Origin: a virus
Lineage: Duplodnaviria; Caudoviricetes
Reading direction: 5' to 3' (one strand)
IMG/VR virus record: IMGVR_UViG_3300014205_000006
Span: 1-64,000 of that record
Length of the DNA: 64,000 nucleotides
The notes beneath the pieces are model-generated. The model was given only the letters and a program-made list of their open reading frames with translations. It did no database searches and was not told where the DNA came from. The position numbers and the translations under genes are program-made. Every line of letters begins with the position of its first letter. The stretch's first letter is position 1. Shown piece after piece: positions 26,982 to 34,675 of this stretch.

Positions 26982-27413
26982 TCAGGCCTCCCCGTCAGCC
27001 GTCTCCAACCGTCCGTCAGGCCACACGAGCCAGATGGGCTTGCCAACCTTGCGCGCGTAGCGGATTGCGGCCCATGTGCCGCTCCGCCGCTCCTCGACGT
27101 AGAGGCGCGGGAAGGCCCACAGCACTTCGCCCTTGTCGACCATCGTGCGATTGCGCACGAGCGCGGGCGCGCCATCGTTGACTGTGTCGGCGGGCGTGAG
27201 GTCGAGTGCGGAGAGGTTCGAGGGCACATCGTTCGCGGGGTGGATGTCACGCGGGACGCCCATGAGCCCGGCGATGTCGTGGAGGATGGAGTCGCCGCCA
27301 CGCGCCGCGCCATGGATGAGCACGGTGATGGCGCTCGCGCCGACCAGCGACCGCGCGACAAAGCGCTGCGGGGCCGTGAGGCCCGCGCGAGTTGCGGTGA
27401 CGGTGACCTTCAC
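26982..27413 (-). CDS. SLOG-superfamily protein (YspA/DUF2493-like)
   Basis: LIHGAARGGD, RNRTMVD, SGTWAAIRYARKVGKP. Confidence 0.7.
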   Translation of the reverse strand: MKVTVTATRAGLTAPQRFVARSLVGASAITVLIHGAARGGDSILHDIAGLMGVPRDIHPANDVPSNLSALDLTPADTVNDGAPALVRNRTMVDKGEVLWAFPRLYVEERRSGTWAAIRYARKVGKPIWLVWPDGRLETADGEA

Positions 27414-27537
27414 GCTGCCCTCTTCTCCAGTTCGGCGGCGACCCGCAGCATCGCCTCGGCACGCGCCCCGCCGCGATAGGCGGGCGTGGCGGCCAAGAAG
27501 CGGAGTTCCTCGATGGCGATGAGACGGTCTGCCTTGG

Positions 27538-27828
27538 TCACGACGCCTCCTGCTCGAACCCGCGCCTGAACAGCGCTGAGGGATTGTCACCGACCTCTGG
27601 ATAGCGCGCCTTGTAGTCCGCCCAGCATTCGAGCAGACGCGCCTCGCGCTCCTGACCCGCCATGAAGTTCGTGTGAGAGAGCGCGTGGTCGCGCGTCATC
27701 CCCTCCACGCTGAAGGCAGCGACCTCGGGGCAGTCGCCGCACCGGAACTCGTAGCCCGGCAGCGCGCCCGGCCCGCTCGCCGCGACCGGCTTGATCGTGC
27801 CGTTGATGACGTTGGCGGCGTGGGCCAC
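27538..27828 (-). CDS. Small C2H2-like Zn-finger protein
   Basis: GAGGAGG RBS; CGDC...H...H. Confidence 0.5.
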   Translation of the reverse strand: MAHAANVINGTIKPVAASGPGALPGYEFRCGDCPEVAAFSVEGMTRDHALSHTNFMAGQEREARLLECWADYKARYPEVGDNPSALFRRGFEQEAS

Positions 27829-27963
27829 GCGGTGCCTCCTCAAGGCTGCGAGTCCGTGCGGGAGCCCTGCCCCTTCGCGTCGCCGTCCGCTCGTCTCTCC
27901 ATGTCGGCTTCGCTCGCGCGGCCCGGAAGTGCGGAGGGCGGGGCAGGGGTCTCCAACGAGGTA

Positions 27964-27993
27964 ATTCTACCTCGTACCTCGCTGAGCCGTCTA
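27964..27993 (-). promoter_or_regulatory. Leftward promoter P6 (TAGACG-18-TAGAAT)
   Basis: Conserved spacer motif; dyad around the -10 box. Confidence 0.7.
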
Positions 27994-28188
27994 GTGGGTC
28001 GGATTCTCCACATAGATCAGGTGTCCCGACACGAGTGCCTCGCCGATCAGCGCCAGTGTGGCACGTAACAACTCGACCTCGCAATCGGCGCAGTAGTGCG
28101 CCGGGGCGGGGCCATGGGCGCGCCGGGCTTCTACCGCAGCGTCAAGGCGGGCGATGACCGGGTGCCGGGCGTCGGCGCGGCGGGCCAT
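27991..28188 (-). CDS. Small hypothetical protein
   Basis: Coupled to the HNH stop; YCADC. Confidence 0.45.
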   Translation of the reverse strand: MARRADARHPVIARLDAAVEARRAHGPAPAHYCADCEVELLRATLALIGEALVSGHLIYVENPTH

Positions 28189-28544
28189 CAGAGCCAACCT
28201 CGGATTCGGGCGGCGATGTGAGGGCGTTGAATCGGCTTCGACCAGTTGAACGCGCCATCCGGCTCGCGCGTGAACCGCTCGGCCAACTCGGCGAGCGTCA
28301 GCGAGCCCTTGATCGTGTTGCACCGGCGGTGCGCCCAGTCCACGTTCTCGAACACGTTGCCGCCGCCACGCGCCTTCGGGATGATGTGATCAATCGTCGG
28401 CGCGTGCGGACTCTCATGGTGGACGGCGGGGTCGAAGGGCTTGAGGCAGAGGTAGCACGCGACCGGCGGGCGCTCCTGCCGCATGCGCCCCTTCACATTC
28501 GCGCTCGCACTCTTGCGGTGCGGGAAGTCCTTGGACGGCTTCAC
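28188..28544 (-). CDS. HNH endonuclease
   Basis: CYLC...TIDHIIPKARGGGN...N...AHRRCNTIKG. Confidence 0.85.
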   Translation of the reverse strand: MKPSKDFPHRKSASANVKGRMRQERPPVACYLCLKPFDPAVHHESPHAPTIDHIIPKARGGGNVFENVDWAHRRCNTIKGSLTLAELAERFTREPDGAFNWSKPIQRPHIAARIRGWL

Positions 28545-28921
28545 TCGGAGGGCGGGTTGTACTGCTCGTTCGCGGCCTCCGCGTTGAGCGCATCGTTGTC
28601 GTGCCCCTCGGGACAGACGAGAGGCCCGTCCCAGCGCGCAACTCCATCGGGCGGCCGGTACGTCTTGGCGCAGACAGAGCACCACAGGCGGCCACTCTCC
28701 GTCACGTTGAGGAAGTCGTAGCGCCGCGCAGAGCGCTTCGGCTTCGGCGCGGTGAGTCCCGCCGGGCCCGGCACGATGATCGCCTTGCGACCCGGCTCGG
28801 CGTCGGGCATCCCGGCGACCAACTTGAGAGGCTTGCGCTTGTTCGCCTCCGCCGCCGCCTTCATGCCCTCCTCGATGGTGGCGGGCATCGTGTTACGGGA
28901 GCGGTCGTTGGTTGCGCTCAT
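28541..28921 (-). CDS. Zn-ribbon hypothetical protein
   Basis: CSVC...CPEGH. Confidence 0.5.
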   Translation of the reverse strand: MSATNDRSRNTMPATIEEGMKAAAEANKRKPLKLVAGMPDAEPGRKAIIVPGPAGLTAPKPKRSARRYDFLNVTESGRLWCSVCAKTYRPPDGVARWDGPLVCPEGHDNDALNAEAANEQYNPPSE

Positions 28922-29315
28922 GCTGGGCCTCCCGGCGCTCGCGAATGATCTTGTGCAGTTCGGGCTCGTAGCCTTCAAGGGCGACAGGCTTGCCGCAGTA
29001 CGGGCAGAAGGATAGCGGCTCACCGATGGCCTCGGGCTTGGCGTACGTCCCGCCCATGACGGGCTCCTCGACCGCCTTGACCAAGTACAGACCGAACTGG
29101 AATGCGGTGAAGCGCGGCTCTGTGTAGCGGCTTGCCTTCTCCGCCCGCTTGTTCGCGGCGTGGCTGGTCGGCACGGTCGGCTCATCGCGCGGCGCGACCT
29201 CGATCAGCATCGACTCGCCGATGCGAGCGCCGAGCGCCTCGCAGCACACGATGACGCGCACGTGCGGGCCCGGCCACGGGTCATCGCCCCTCTCGGGGAT
29301 GCGATTGGCCATCAT
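28893..29315 (-). CDS. Zn-ribbon protein (CC...FCPYCG)
   Basis: Motif; ATGA coupling. Confidence 0.55.
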   Translation of the reverse strand: MMANRIPERGDDPWPGPHVRVIVCCEALGARIGESMLIEVAPRDEPTVPTSHAANKRAEKASRYTEPRFTAFQFGLYLVKAVEEPVMGGTYAKPEAIGEPLSFCPYCGKPVALEGYEPELHKIIRERREAQHERNQRPLP

Positions 29316-29782
29316 GACGTTGCCACGAGGCGGGCGTACAGGCACTCTGACTCGTGCCCGATGTTCACGCCGCTCCCCTTGCTCATGCCGAGGCGCTCGG
29401 AATCTGCCCTCGTGCGGAAGCAGTTCGGTGCCTTGGCGTTGAACTCCGGCTCGTGACCTCGGCAGAGCGGGCACATCGGGTGGCGATGCATCGGCGGGCC
29501 CGAGCCCATGAAGCCCATCCCCTCGCACCCTGCGTCGCCCGTCCACTCCAACTTGCGGAGGGCAGCGATGAGGTCATCGCGCGTCGGCCCGGCCTTGCTC
29601 GCCTGACCGGCACTCCACACGGAGCGGGCCAGCGCCTCTGCCTCCTCGGGTGTGTCGCCATAGGCCCCGCCGTAGCGCTCAAGCGTCTTGGGGTGGACGT
29701 AGCGCGCCCAGTGGCGAACCGTCCCGCCCTGCTTGAGCGTGTCCCGTTCGAGCGTCAAGCCCGTCCAACTAGCGTCGCCCAT
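29312..29782 (-). CDS. Hypothetical protein (CPLC...GHESEC)
   Basis: Motif; operonic. Confidence 0.55.
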   Translation of the reverse strand: MGDASWTGLTLERDTLKQGGTVRHWARYVHPKTLERYGGAYGDTPEEAEALARSVWSAGQASKAGPTRDDLIAALRKLEWTGDAGCEGMGFMGSGPPMHRHPMCPLCRGHEPEFNAKAPNCFRTRADSERLGMSKGSGVNIGHESECLYARLVATS

Positions 29783-29942
29783 GATTGCCCGGCCTCACAT
29801 AGTTGATCTCATCGTTCGCGGCCTTGCACCGCAGACAGATGACGTTCCGGTTGTTGTCCTCGGCGAGGAGTCCGCCGCACGTGCACTCCAGCGCGCACGT
29901 CTCGCTCACCCTTGACTTGCGGGGCGGGCTACTCGTCGTCAT
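29769..29942 (-). CDS. Small Zn-ribbon protein
   Basis: CTCGG...CLRC. Confidence 0.4.
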   Translation of the reverse strand: MTTSSPPRKSRVSETCALECTCGGLLAEDNNRNVICLRCKAANDEINYVRPGNHGRR

Positions 29943-30276
29943 CGGCGAGCCTCCAGCGCTTCGGCTTCCACACGCCGTTGAGGATGTACGGCAGCGCGTC
30001 GGCGCGGATGGTCGAGGTCGTGCGCGTGCTGCCATTGATGAACTCCGCGTCGGTGTCCTCGTACACGCTGAAGTCCGGGCCGCAGTGGCCGCAAGATTCC
30101 TTGCCCGGCTCCACGCCGAACCAGATGCGCATGACGTCATCCGCCACGCCGCGCGGTGCCTGGATGGCGATGAAGTCGAAGGGCGTGAGGCTCGCGCCGC
30201 CCGCCGCGCCCTGCTGGTACACGGTGAACTTGGACTTCGCGTACGTGGTCTCACGGATGGGATACTTCGCTGCCAT
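29929..30276 (-). CDS. Hypothetical protein
   Basis: AAAGGAG RBS after P7. Confidence 0.6.
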   Translation of the reverse strand: MAAKYPIRETTYAKSKFTVYQQGAAGGASLTPFDFIAIQAPRGVADDVMRIWFGVEPGKESCGHCGPDFSVYEDTDAEFINGSTRTTSTIRADALPYILNGVWKPKRWRLADDDE

Positions 30277-30298
30277 GAGGGCTCCTTTCCTGCCTTCG

Positions 30299-30327
30299 AT
30301 TCTACCTCGTACCTCGCACCGCGTCGA
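30299..30327 (-). promoter_or_regulatory. Leftward promoter P7 (TCGACG-17-TAGAAT)
   Basis: Conserved spacer motif. Confidence 0.75.
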
Positions 30328-30646
30328 GGGCGCGGAACGCCTTGCGCCTCCAGATGGCGGGCCCAGCGTGGACTCGGGCGAGCGTCTTGGGGACGCTCCT
30401 GAGCAACTCGAACCGCCGGTGCTGGCCGCGCGTGACGTGCCCTCTCAGGTAGCGGTCGATGCGCATGTCCCACGTCTCGTTGCGTCCGAGAGGGACGCGC
30501 TCAAATGGCCGGTGCCGGAGCGCAGGGAGCATCACCTGCTTCGCCGCGAGGCTGAGCCGGTACTCGGGTTGGCGCTCTGCCTTCAAGCCATATCCCTTGG
30601 CGCGGAGCGTGTCGGCGCGTACCTCGCCATGGAGGGTGTAGATCAC
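30302..30646 (-). CDS. Basic hypothetical protein
   Basis: GGAGG RBS. Confidence 0.45.
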   Translation of the reverse strand: MIYTLHGEVRADTLRAKGYGLKAERQPEYRLSLAAKQVMLPALRHRPFERVPLGRNETWDMRIDRYLRGHVTRGQHRRFELLRSVPKTLARVHAGPAIWRRKAFRALDAVRGTR

Positions 30647-30794
30647 GCGACCTCCGTGTCCACGAGGTCTGCGGCAAACTCGCCGCTCGGCTGAATGGCC
30701 GTCACCTCGAATACAAGCACCAGTTGACGGGCCGAGTCGTCAGGCGTCGGGTCGGCGATCCGCCGACGAATCACATCACCGACCTTCAATTCCA

Positions 30795-30923
30795 TCATGC
30801 CTCCTCGTCAGCCGTCGCCGCGCCGATGCCGTTGACCTCGCCGATGATCTCGTTGATCTTCAGGATGACCTCCTGAAGCGTCGCGTTGGCGGGCAACGGC
30901 TTGATGTTGATCCAGTAGGTCAT
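30795..30923 (-). CDS. Small hypothetical protein
   Basis: ATGA coupling. Confidence 0.45.
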   Translation of the reverse strand: MTYWINIKPLPANATLQEVILKINEIIGEVNGIGAATADEEA

Positions 30924-31081
30924 CGCGCAACTCCGTACGCAACCACGCCGGTGACGATGGCGACAGCGACGGCGAGGCTCGCCCGCGCCCGTCTCCAATG
31001 GCTGCGCTCGGCGGCGCGGGCGCTGTCCATGATGGCAGCCCAAGCGAACACGCCGAGTACCGTCCCGATTGTCTGCTCCAT
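30920..31081 (-). CDS. Small two-TM membrane protein
   Basis: Two hydrophobic helices. Confidence 0.5.
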   Translation of the reverse strand: MEQTIGTVLGVFAWAAIMDSARAAERSHWRRARASLAVAVAIVTGVVAYGVAR

Positions 31082-31527
31082 CACACCCCTCCGCTGTTGA
31101 GTTGGATGCCGAGCGACTCGGCATCGTCCGCGTCCACGACGTACTCGCACCCGTCCTCGATGACGTACCCGAAGCCGGGCCCGAGTTGCGCCTTGACGTC
31201 GCGCACATGCTCGCACGTCCGACTCGGCTTGTTGGGCCGCTTGATGATCCACCCCTGGCACCCGCAGGAGATGCGCCCGTCCGTCGCCCTGATCACGACC
31301 GTGTAGACGGTCGCCGGGTTGCGCTTGGACGGGAACTGCCACGTCTGGTCGAGGCTCACAAGTTCCTCCTCGGGCTCCGGCTTGGGAACCCTCCACGCCT
31401 TGACGGCAGGTTCATGACGGGTCGCGGGATAGAAGTGCTCGCACGCGCAACGGGACGCACGCGGCGCGGGACGGCATCGCGAATGTGCGGTGGTAGGCCC
31501 GGTGGTGACCGCACGTACAGAAGTCAC
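31081..31527 (-). CDS. SWIM zinc-finger protein
   Basis: YTV...SCGCQGW...TCEH (CxC-xn-CxH). Confidence 0.65.
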   Translation of the reverse strand: MTSVRAVTTGPTTAHSRCRPAPRASRCACEHFYPATRHEPAVKAWRVPKPEPEEELVSLDQTWQFPSKRNPATVYTVVIRATDGRISCGCQGWIIKRPNKPSRTCEHVRDVKAQLGPGFGYVIEDGCEYVVDADDAESLGIQLNSGGV

Positions 31528-31547
31528 GCATCCCCGCGAGTGCCACG

Positions 31548-32330
31548 CTACTTCACCAGCGCCGGGCGCGAGCCGAAGGCGAACTTGGCGTCATCCTTCG
31601 ACGGCTCCACCGTGACGTTGATCTTCACCTCGGTGCCGACCTCGGGCTCCACACCGCTCGGGACGGTGCAGTACAACTTCCAGCCCATGTTCGTCAGCAG
31701 GAGCATCTTCTGGGTCAGGCCGTACTGGCTCTGCTGCCACTTGGCCGAGATGATCTTGCCGGCGATGACCATCCGGCCCTTGGGCGCGTTCGCGGCCTTG
31801 GCGTGCTGCTCCTCCCGCGCGGCGAGTTCATCCGCCCGCGCCTTGTCAGCCGTCGCCCAGAGGTCGGTGCCCGCGCAACCGCGCGTGAAGAGCACCTCAG
31901 TCTTGGCGCGGTCGATGACCCAGTTGCGATTCCGCCCGCCGCCCTCGGACTTGAAGTGGTACTTCAGCTCAGTCAGGACGCCCGCGCCGTCGAGGATGTA
32001 CCCCCAGCGCACCGGGCGGTGACCGCCGTACCCGGTCTGACGGCCCTGATGCTCATCCCAGCCGTCCCCTGCCTGGAAGAGCATCGAGCCGCGCACCTCG
32101 ACGTAAATCTGACCGTCGGTCAGGCTGAGGCCCGCCGACTCGCCCCGGTCGTACACCGGCGCAATCTGCTTGTCCATGCCGTCGCCGTAGTAGGCGTTGA
32201 TGCGGGTCTGGAACTTCGCGCGGATGAACCCCGCCTGCGCCGGGCTCTTGTAGAACCCGCCCGCCTTGACGAGCCCCCGCAGCGTGCGGTGCTTGTCGTC
32301 GTCATTCGCCGAGACATAGGTGAAGCCCAC
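31548..32330 (-). CDS. Hypothetical protein with C-terminal OB-fold-like domain
   Basis: GRMVIAGKIISAK...YG...KMLL...G.EVKINVTV; first gene after P8. Confidence 0.55.
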   Translation of the reverse strand: MGFTYVSANDDDKHRTLRGLVKAGGFYKSPAQAGFIRAKFQTRINAYYGDGMDKQIAPVYDRGESAGLSLTDGQIYVEVRGSMLFQAGDGWDEHQGRQTGYGGHRPVRWGYILDGAGVLTELKYHFKSEGGGRNRNWVIDRAKTEVLFTRGCAGTDLWATADKARADELAAREEQHAKAANAPKGRMVIAGKIISAKWQQSQYGLTQKMLLLTNMGWKLYCTVPSGVEPEVGTEVKINVTVEPSKDDAKFAFGSRPALVK

Positions 32331-32355
32331 GGTAGCAATCCCTTCCAGCGAGGAA

Positions 32356-32384
32356 ATAGTACCTCGTACCTCGCAACTCGTCTA
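32356..32384 (-). promoter_or_regulatory. Leftward promoter P8 (TAGACG-17-TACTAT)
   Basis: Conserved spacer motif; start of the leftward arm. Confidence 0.75.
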
Positions 32385-32430
32385 CCCACCCCGGCGAATC
32401 TAGGCAGCACGACGGAGCCACGCGAACGCC

Positions 32431-32682
32431 TTTAGAGAGATCGGGATCGGAATCCCCGATCTCCTCTCGGACTTCCGACCCTGTTCCGATCCTCCCTCTA
32501 AAAGCGTCCGTGTCCGCCGCCTATGAAAGCCATCAAATTGTGTAGTTCACCTGAAGCGCCCTGAAGCGCCCCTGAAGCGTACATGTCTCGCCCGTCCGAC
32601 CGAGCGTGGCCGTCCTCTGCCCCTCGCGCGGGGCCCGGAACATGGTCGAACTCCACCCCGAAAAATTTGTTTTTACCTCGTA
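32431..32682. repeat. Inverted repeats, three CTGAAGCG direct repeats and an A/T tract (candidate origin or control region)
   Basis: GAGATCGGG/CCCGATCTC; CTGAAGCG at 32551, 32561, 32572; AAAAATTTGTTTTTA 32661-32675. Confidence 0.5.
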
Positions 32683-32700
32683 GTTGAAGCCCCTTCCCCA

Positions 32701-32722
32701 GCAAGACTCGCCGCGCTAGGCT
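32701..32722 (+). promoter_or_regulatory. Candidate rightward promoter (GCAAGACTC-N7-TAGGCT)
   Basis: Shared with 6639 and 62851. Confidence 0.4.
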
Positions 32723-32776
32723 TGACCTCGTTGCGCCAGACGGTATGAACTCGGTATTGAAGTGAGTGAGCGAGAG

Positions 32777-33724
32777 ATGCGAACGAAATCAGAATCCGTC
32801 CCGCCGAGACTTCATGACGAGGGCGCAACAACCTCCGGCATCTATGCTCCTCACTTGGGACGGATTGCGGGGTCAGGCCGTTCACGGTCTGGCTCCGCGC
32901 TCACCTTCGATGCAGCGGTCAAGATGGACTTGGTAGACCCCGAGTACGTCTGGGTGGGCCGAAACCGCACCCACCGCTACATCATCGTCCGGCTCGCCCA
33001 GATGGGAATCTCCCTCGGCAGCACGCTCTCAGAGGCCCGGCGACGGGCCATCTCTGTGGCGCCGGGGAACGCGGCGACCATCCGCAAGCGGTACTGCACC
33101 TACCTCACCGAGACGGCCCGGTGCCAAGTCTCATCCCGCTTCGGCAACCAGTGCAAGCGCGGCGGATTCTTCAGCGAGGGCTTGGGTCGGGGCGACCTGC
33201 TGTTTTGCCGTCAGCACTACCGGCGGAAGATGGATGCGCTCGGACTCCCGTACAACGTCGCCCCCACGGCATCGTTTGCCGAGATGGGCGTGCTGTTCGA
33301 GGACGTTGACGAGGAGACGCGCCTCACCATCTGGTCTCAACTCGACCAGTCCGGCCCCGATGACTACCTCTACAACGAGGTCGAGGGCGATGAGGTTGAC
33401 TACTCGATGGGCGACCCCGCCGAGGAGGCAGACGACTTCGATGTGGAGGCCGCAATCGCCGAGGCGGAACGGGTGTTCGGTTGGGAGCCGCCCGTCTGCC
33501 TTGACTGCGACGGTGACGCTCCCGCCGACTGTCCGAAGTGCGGACAGCCGATTCACGTGCCGAGCGCGACCGGATGCCCCCTCCATCACCTCGTGAACTT
33601 CGACCCTGCCGACCTTCACGGCATCGAGGATGACGACACCTTCGAGCAGTTCGAACCCGACTGTGACTGCGAGCCGGGTGAAACCGAGTTCTGCGGCGGG
33701 CTCGAATGCAGGAACGCGCGATGA
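32777..33724 (+). CDS. Cys-rich protein with acidic C-terminal half
   Basis: RCQ...G.QCKR...FCRQH; CLDC/CPKC; first rightward gene. Confidence 0.6.
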   Translation: MRTKSESVPPRLHDEGATTSGIYAPHLGRIAGSGRSRSGSALTFDAAVKMDLVDPEYVWVGRNRTHRYIIVRLAQMGISLGSTLSEARRRAISVAPGNAATIRKRYCTYLTETARCQVSSRFGNQCKRGGFFSEGLGRGDLLFCRQHYRRKMDALGLPYNVAPTASFAEMGVLFEDVDEETRLTIWSQLDQSGPDDYLYNEVEGDEVDYSMGDPAEEADDFDVEAAIAEAERVFGWEPPVCLDCDGDAPADCPKCGQPIHVPSATGCPLHHLVNFDPADLHGIEDDDTFEQFEPDCDCEPGETEFCGGLECRNAR

Positions 33725-34047
33725 ATCTGCCAAAGGTGGATGAGACCGCTCTGCGCGAACTGCTGCACGAGTTGGCGCCCCTGATCGGCCCGATTGAGCG
33801 GCGATGGGGTCACGCCGGTACTGAAGAGGACGCGACCGAGTTGACCGACCGCGAGGTCACTGTGATCCGTCTCGCGATGGACGGTCACACCCATCAAGAT
33901 GCGGCAGACCTTTTGGGGATCAGCATCAAGGCGGTCGAGGCCCATCGCGCCCACGTCGCCGTGAAGTTGAACTTGTCAACCCGCAACAGCCTCAGGATGC
34001 TCTTGGCGCTCTACTGGCGCAAGGTCGGTCGCGAGGAAGCCGCATGA
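33721..34047 (+). CDS. Stand-alone LuxR-type HTH regulator
   Basis: LTDREVTVIRLAMDGHTHQDAADLLGISIKAVEAHRAHVAVKL. Confidence 0.85.
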   Translation: MNLPKVDETALRELLHELAPLIGPIERRWGHAGTEEDATELTDREVTVIRLAMDGHTHQDAADLLGISIKAVEAHRAHVAVKLNLSTRNSLRMLLALYWRKVGREEAA

Positions 34048-34526
34048 AACTCGCGACGGGCTTCCAAATCGCCGGACGTGACCCGGTCGCCTTCTGGGAC
34101 TTGAAGTTCAAGTCTCTGCGCGGCGAGGAATACCGCTCATACGGGCGGGTGCGCGAAAGCATCGCCCTTCGCGAGTACGCCGAGCAGAGCGGTTGGAGCG
34201 ACGCGCAGATGATGCTTGCCATCCACCGCTACATCGACTTCAACTCGGGCGGCGACATCGACGGATTCATCAGAGCGATGGGCCGGGCCGACAAGCGTGA
34301 CGAGTTGATCGACCCGTATGACCTTGTCGCCGAGGCGCTCTGCTACCTCGAAGTGGACGAGCAAGACCCGTCGCCGCGCGCTCTGGCGGCGATGCCCCGG
34401 CTTCAAGAGGCCGTGAACGCTGTGACCGATTACCGGGCCGCTTGGGGCCCTGACGCGGCAAAACTCCCCGCCGCGATGGACGAGTTGACGGCGGCGATTG
34501 CCGTCATGAGAGACGCACGACGTTGA
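34044..34526 (+). CDS. Hypothetical protein
   Basis: ATGA coupling. Confidence 0.6.
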   Translation: MKLATGFQIAGRDPVAFWDLKFKSLRGEEYRSYGRVRESIALREYAEQSGWSDAQMMLAIHRYIDFNSGGDIDGFIRAMGRADKRDELIDPYDLVAEALCYLEVDEQDPSPRALAAMPRLQEAVNAVTDYRAAWGPDAAKLPAAMDELTAAIAVMRDARR

Positions 34527-34675
34527 GATTGACCCCCGCAGGAGTCGAAATGAACCGCTACCACCTTCCCTTCCCGTCCCGTACTCTGTCAGACCGCTTC
34601 TGCGCCACGTAGGACGCGCCAGGCATGCCCGAGGTATCGGGCCCTGACGTATTCCTCTAGCGCATCGGAGCACCC

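Noticed and set aside
12467-32384. Repeated TACCTCGTAC motif as CRISPR or att sites
   Set aside because: Copies are kilobases apart, degenerate and fit promoter geometry; the Cas4-like gene sits in a recombination cluster with no other cas genes
34550-34612. 20-codon uORF before dnaB
   Set aside because: Has an AGGAG RBS but is too short and featureless to support
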